DNA of 51,469 nucleotides, the filler included, from Sphacelaria rigidula (lineage: Eukaryota), in NCBI GenBank assembly GCA_964200075.2. It is 3 parts of 3 records of this genome, joined end to end, with 100 filler letters (N's around TTAATTAATTAA, not from the genome) between each part and the next. Parts side by side here need not be neighbours in the genome. Positions count along the whole stretch, not along the records: positions 34,383 to 51,469 come from CAXNAA020001173.1; 2 more parts are not named here. One strand, given 5' to 3'. The position numbers and the translations under genes were made by a program. The notes below the pieces were generated by a model. It did no database searches. It was not told the origin of the DNA and saw only the letters and a program-made list of their open reading frames with translations. This document shows positions 47,201-51,469 of this stretch, in pieces (position 1 is the first letter of the stretch; each line of letters opens with the position of its first letter).

Positions 47201-50200
47201 GCTGTCTCCCACGACAACTTTTCCCCATCAGTAGTCGCAACGCAACCGGCAATACAGCTGTATGTAACAGACAGTGCACGCATCCCTAAGACCGTGTTTA
47301 ACGAGATACGTGAGTGAGCAAGCGCCGTGAGGGTGAGCAATTCGGGCGGTTTTCGTGATTTACTTTATCTTGTCCTTCCGATTGGTTGCCCACCAGCTTT
47401 CAACCAATCGGAAGAACCCCCAAATACGAAGACCACCAAGCCGGCAGAAACACCCTCCGTCTGACGTGGCCTTGTCACTTTTCTTGCTCCTTTAAACGGG
47501 CCTTGATATAATATGCGCGAACAGTGAACGTGTGTGTCAGAGTACACAGGACAGTGAACTGATGCAGAAATTACACTAGAACACAGTTTATTGATTTCCT
47601 TCATTTGTCGCACTTTGAACCCCTCCCCTTCTTCGGAACGAGTCGGTGGTATCAGGGAATCAACCCATCTCTCCCCCGGTACACGCCTTGCATTTGGGTC
47701 TCGCGGGTTAAGTCAGCCCTCCCGCACCGCGTCAACTCACGTCAAACAATCTCAGTCGACTACTTTGCAGTGTGTAAAATGCGGCTTGTGTACACTGCAC
47801 CACCTCAGGTTATTTCCCACGCTCGGTTTGCCCATCTACAAAAGCCCACATTTCTATTAAGAAATGCAGTGGTGGGCTATCGACATATCTCAACCGAACC
47901 TTCACGATGATCAATAGTGATCAGTGTGCATCATTTTACCGGTGGCAATCAATCAATTGACATCACGATAAGCAAGATCGGAAAAAAAAATCGGAAAAAA
48001 CGACTCCCGGATGATGATTTCTGCATGCGCGGTACATGTGGCTACAACTGCGCAGGTCATCCCGTGATCCGTGCCTGTACAAACCGATGTCGCACCAAAA
48101 AGTCATCCGCCAGGGCCGAAGCTCTGAAAATTAGGGCGGCGGGTGCACTGCGCCGAGATTACAAGGGGTATTCGTGGGTCGGATCCCCACTGTGCCTTGA
48201 GCAAAGCTTGCGAACACTTGAGGCGCCTACCCCAAATGACTGCCGTCAGGCAGTCTAGCCGAGCCCCCGGGTAATCTGCTCACGAATCCGCTTGCTGGGT
48301 AACTGCTGGATCAGGTTTCCTCCTTCCTTCAAGGATTTATATATATATATTCACCTGCCACAGTTGGATCACGCCAAATTATTCACAAGCACTACCCACT
48401 GCCAGTCATATCGCGAAATGACAGGCGTTCAGGGGGCAGAGGTGGGAGGGTCACAGTAGTTGTTTTTGATGGACAGACGACACTTTGCAGAAGAGGCCTG
48501 TTTGCCACGCACACGCTAGTCGTCACGATCATTTTCGCGCAAGTCACGTACAATGCCAACAGGAAAGACGGGTACATGATCAATACAAGCAGTTGCTACT
48601 GCTGCTGAACATCCGAACGGGGTGGCGTAGTGGGTAGAGGATGTGGTCGGGTGTTTTTTTTTTCCTGTGCCTGAGTTTGCGGGAATTTTCCCCCCATCCC
48701 CTGCACAGCCCACCGTGCTGAAAGAGCACAAATCAACACACACACAGGCAACTTGGAACCGCAGCAGTGAGATATCCTTCTCACAAATCCCTGCAGCGAG
48801 CACTAGGCAACAGCCACCGGTGAGTCGCGACGTTTTGGCGAGGGGCAGCCACCTTCCTGTCAGACAGAGCTCCCAGCTGGGTGTGCACGGGGAGCTAATA
48901 GGCGCACCCCGCTCGCTCATTCATGGAAAAATGCATCAAATCGGCTCCCGCTACTGACTAAAACTTTGTCCTTTGCATCACTTGGAGCGATGAGCTTCTC
49001 CCCCGTAAAAGCCCGCGGAGGGGCTGACCTTGGCCGGCTTTCGCTTTTTCGAATATCTAGTCACACAAGCATCCGGATCACCCGGCTATGTATCGTGCGC
49101 TGCTGCAATTCAATCTAATCGAAAATCAAAACCAAAAGACATGTGATGAGTCTTGCTGTGATTATCTGGCTCCAATGCCCTGAAGCGCAATCACAGTTCA
49201 TTCGATCGGCCTGTCTCTTGGAATATCAGAACACATGATCCCGAAATAGAGAGGATGGATCCCCATTTCGAAAATGCGGCTGTCAAGAAAGGTTTGCGCT
49301 GTGGTGAATGCGAATTCAAGGGGTTTTCGTAATGCAAACGTGTGTATTTTCCAAACATGCAGCATCGTGTACGAATGCCTGCAATAGAACGCGCTCACAT
49401 TTGCACAGACCCTATCTTCACCAGATTGTCAGATAATTACATCCTGGACAAATGATGCCGCTGCCAAAAAATGTATTGCGTGCAGTATTGGATCTAGTGG
49501 TTATTGGTGAAGATGCAATAGTCGATACTGCACGCAGTACACTTTTTGATGTTGTAATTATCCAAGGTGTGCAGATTGATCGGTAGAGGGGCGGGCGGAT
49601 CTGTGTTGAGCGAGAAGCAACCAAGTGTGTAAGCAGGAGAGTCTTCTCGCCCCTAGGTGCGTAGCTTTGGCACCGGGTGTGTTGTGTGTTTTCTTCGAAA
49701 GTGGACGTTGCAACCTGATTTGTTGAGTGATCTGGGTCATGATGAAACCGTTTGGTTGAGGAAGTGCTTTTGGGGGGCTATCAAGCACTGTTTGGTGGAA
49801 GGCAGGGAGGGGGGGCGGGCGCGGAACTCTTTTGGTACGCGTTCGAATACCTGAGCTCGGCGGCCGCTTGTCAGCTTCTAGTCATCGTACGTTCTATTCT
49901 CAATACAATCTGGAAACGGTTCATGCGGCCTTTTTCTGAAGGAAGCGCAAAACGGCTCGATTTCAGGCGAGTGATGGAGGTTCTCCTTGGGTTCGAGAGT
50001 CTGAAAAAGTGTCGTTGTGGTTCGAGGGCAGCGGGTCGGTCAATCAATCACAGCGTCGGTTTTGTTTTCGATTCTGATCCCCGAGTCATTTGCTATGTCG
50101 TCGACCTCTGGACTGCCATTTGATTACTCCATGCGTTAGAAAGGCCATCATGTGCACTTGAAACAATGATCTCTAGACCCACGGTTCATCCGCGACGACC

Positions 50201-51469
50201 CTGAACATCAAGACATGGCCTAGAACTCGACAGACACTCGTCTTACCGCCCATGCAGCATGCTAGCAGTCATTTACGGAGGGGTGGGGGTTGGGGGGAAG
50301 AAGGGGCGCTAGACCTGAGGCACCTGTTCCTCCTTGCGTGGGCTTGAGTTGTTTTTCGAAACAAGGTTGCCGGTCGATCGTACGGAGAAGATTTGGGAGG
50401 CCATAAGGATCGCTTCCTAGATCAATTTTCTTACAGGAGAAAGATGGGGTGGAAAATGTCCCCCAGTAGGCTGATCCAATCCCTGGTTCGTCGTACCCAA
50501 CCTGGGTACTTTCGGAGACGGATGAGGGGAGACTACCCCGGGACCGAAATGTTGGCACAATGGCCATTGAAGTGGTTTTGGCCTAGACACAACGAAATCC
50601 TCCGACCTCCCATGGCCAAAATCGATGTGAATCGATCCACTTAAGTCTTAGTTTCATTCCCGTGCAGCTCATTTACTCCCGTTTTTTCTGGAAGCCCGTT
50701 CGCAGTACCGGACTCGTGTAGTTCGTCCCCGCATGTACCCAATGACGTCATGTATGGTCCTTGCGCAAACCATTTACACACGTCTCACGTGCGTATCTTG
50801 TGTGGGACGTGCATGCATATGGCTTTGCAAAGATGTCTCATTTACCCACGCCATACCTCACGCATGCATCAGCAATCCGCTCCGAGGTCCGGAGGCACTC
50901 CACTTGGTGAGCAAGAGGTGAAGGCTTATCCCACAAAAACGCGACGGCTGTTGCCGCCTACGACCCCTATTTGGTCTCATTAACGCACTTCCTAACTCAC
51001 ACACGCTGTACAAGCTGGGGCAACCAACAATGAGTGGTTTTCTCGCCCAGGCGACGCACGACGCGATATTAGGAGTTGGATGCTGAAATTTTGACAGCAG
51101 CTTTTTACGATCGACATGCCGTAGATCACGTGAGCAGCGAAGAAAAAAAAAGAAAATAGGGAGTTATGGGGATTCAAAATGTCATCAAAGATAAGATATT
51201 GTCACCGGTCCAGGAAAAAAATGAGAATCTGCAGCTGCTCCCGAGACGTATCATTTTCTCGGGCGCAGAAGGTCTTCGTGAAATTTCAGCTCAAGAGTCG
51301 TCGAATTGGGCCGTGCGTGCAACGTTTTGCGTGACGCTTCTGCACCCCACTGATACCCAGTGCGGGGTGATCTCTGACGTGACAGTGTTATTCCTTTTCA
51401 ATATTATGGAGGCGGTATTTTTGGAAATTAGGCGCCCCAACACAGTACACCAGGCGTCTGATGATACTG

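Noticed and set aside
45400-47340. Possible KDZ/Zisupton-like transposase relic (GCVATTDGEKLSW) and nearby coding-like GC-rich stretches
   Set aside because: There is one weak motif, multiple stops, and the other diagnostic residues are not seen.
49790-49850. WWKAGRGGGRG as the second half of the SH3 domain
   Set aside because: No suitable acceptor in phase and no FPxNY motif.

Overview
Eukaryotic, intron-rich genomic DNA with GC-rich exons, long introns, (CA)n/(CAG)n microsatellites and many small transposon derivatives. The style suggests a brown alga (Phaeophyceae, Ectocarpus-like), which is an inference. Two 100-nt spacers (N44-TTAATTAATTAA-N44) join three contigs, so linkage across 17095-17194 and 34283-34382 is unproven. 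Genes supported by hand-built, phase-consistent GT-AG models are: (1) a minus-strand Zn(II)2Cys6 (GAL4-type) transcription factor of about 909 aa; (2) a plus-strand VPS13/Chorein-N-like bridge lipid-transfer protein (8 exons, at least 1471 aa, cut off by the second gap) with an N-terminal hydrophobic anchor and three EF-hands, the most interesting feature here; (3) a 214-aa minus-strand MGC-type (putatively dually acylated) disordered protein with an FFAT-like motif; (4) the first coding exon of an SH3-domain protein. Non-coding features include a Stowaway/Tc1-mariner-like foldback MITE, piggyBac-type TTAA MITEs (one a head-to-tail dimer), tRNA-derived SINE heads, a dispersed repeat with (CA)n tails, pre-miRNA-like hairpins, and a decayed intronic coding relic that reads either as a hAT zinc finger or as hepe-like RdRp motifs. 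Most entries in the ORF track are shadows of these exons or of simple repeats. All domain calls come from motif recognition by eye; no database searches were run.
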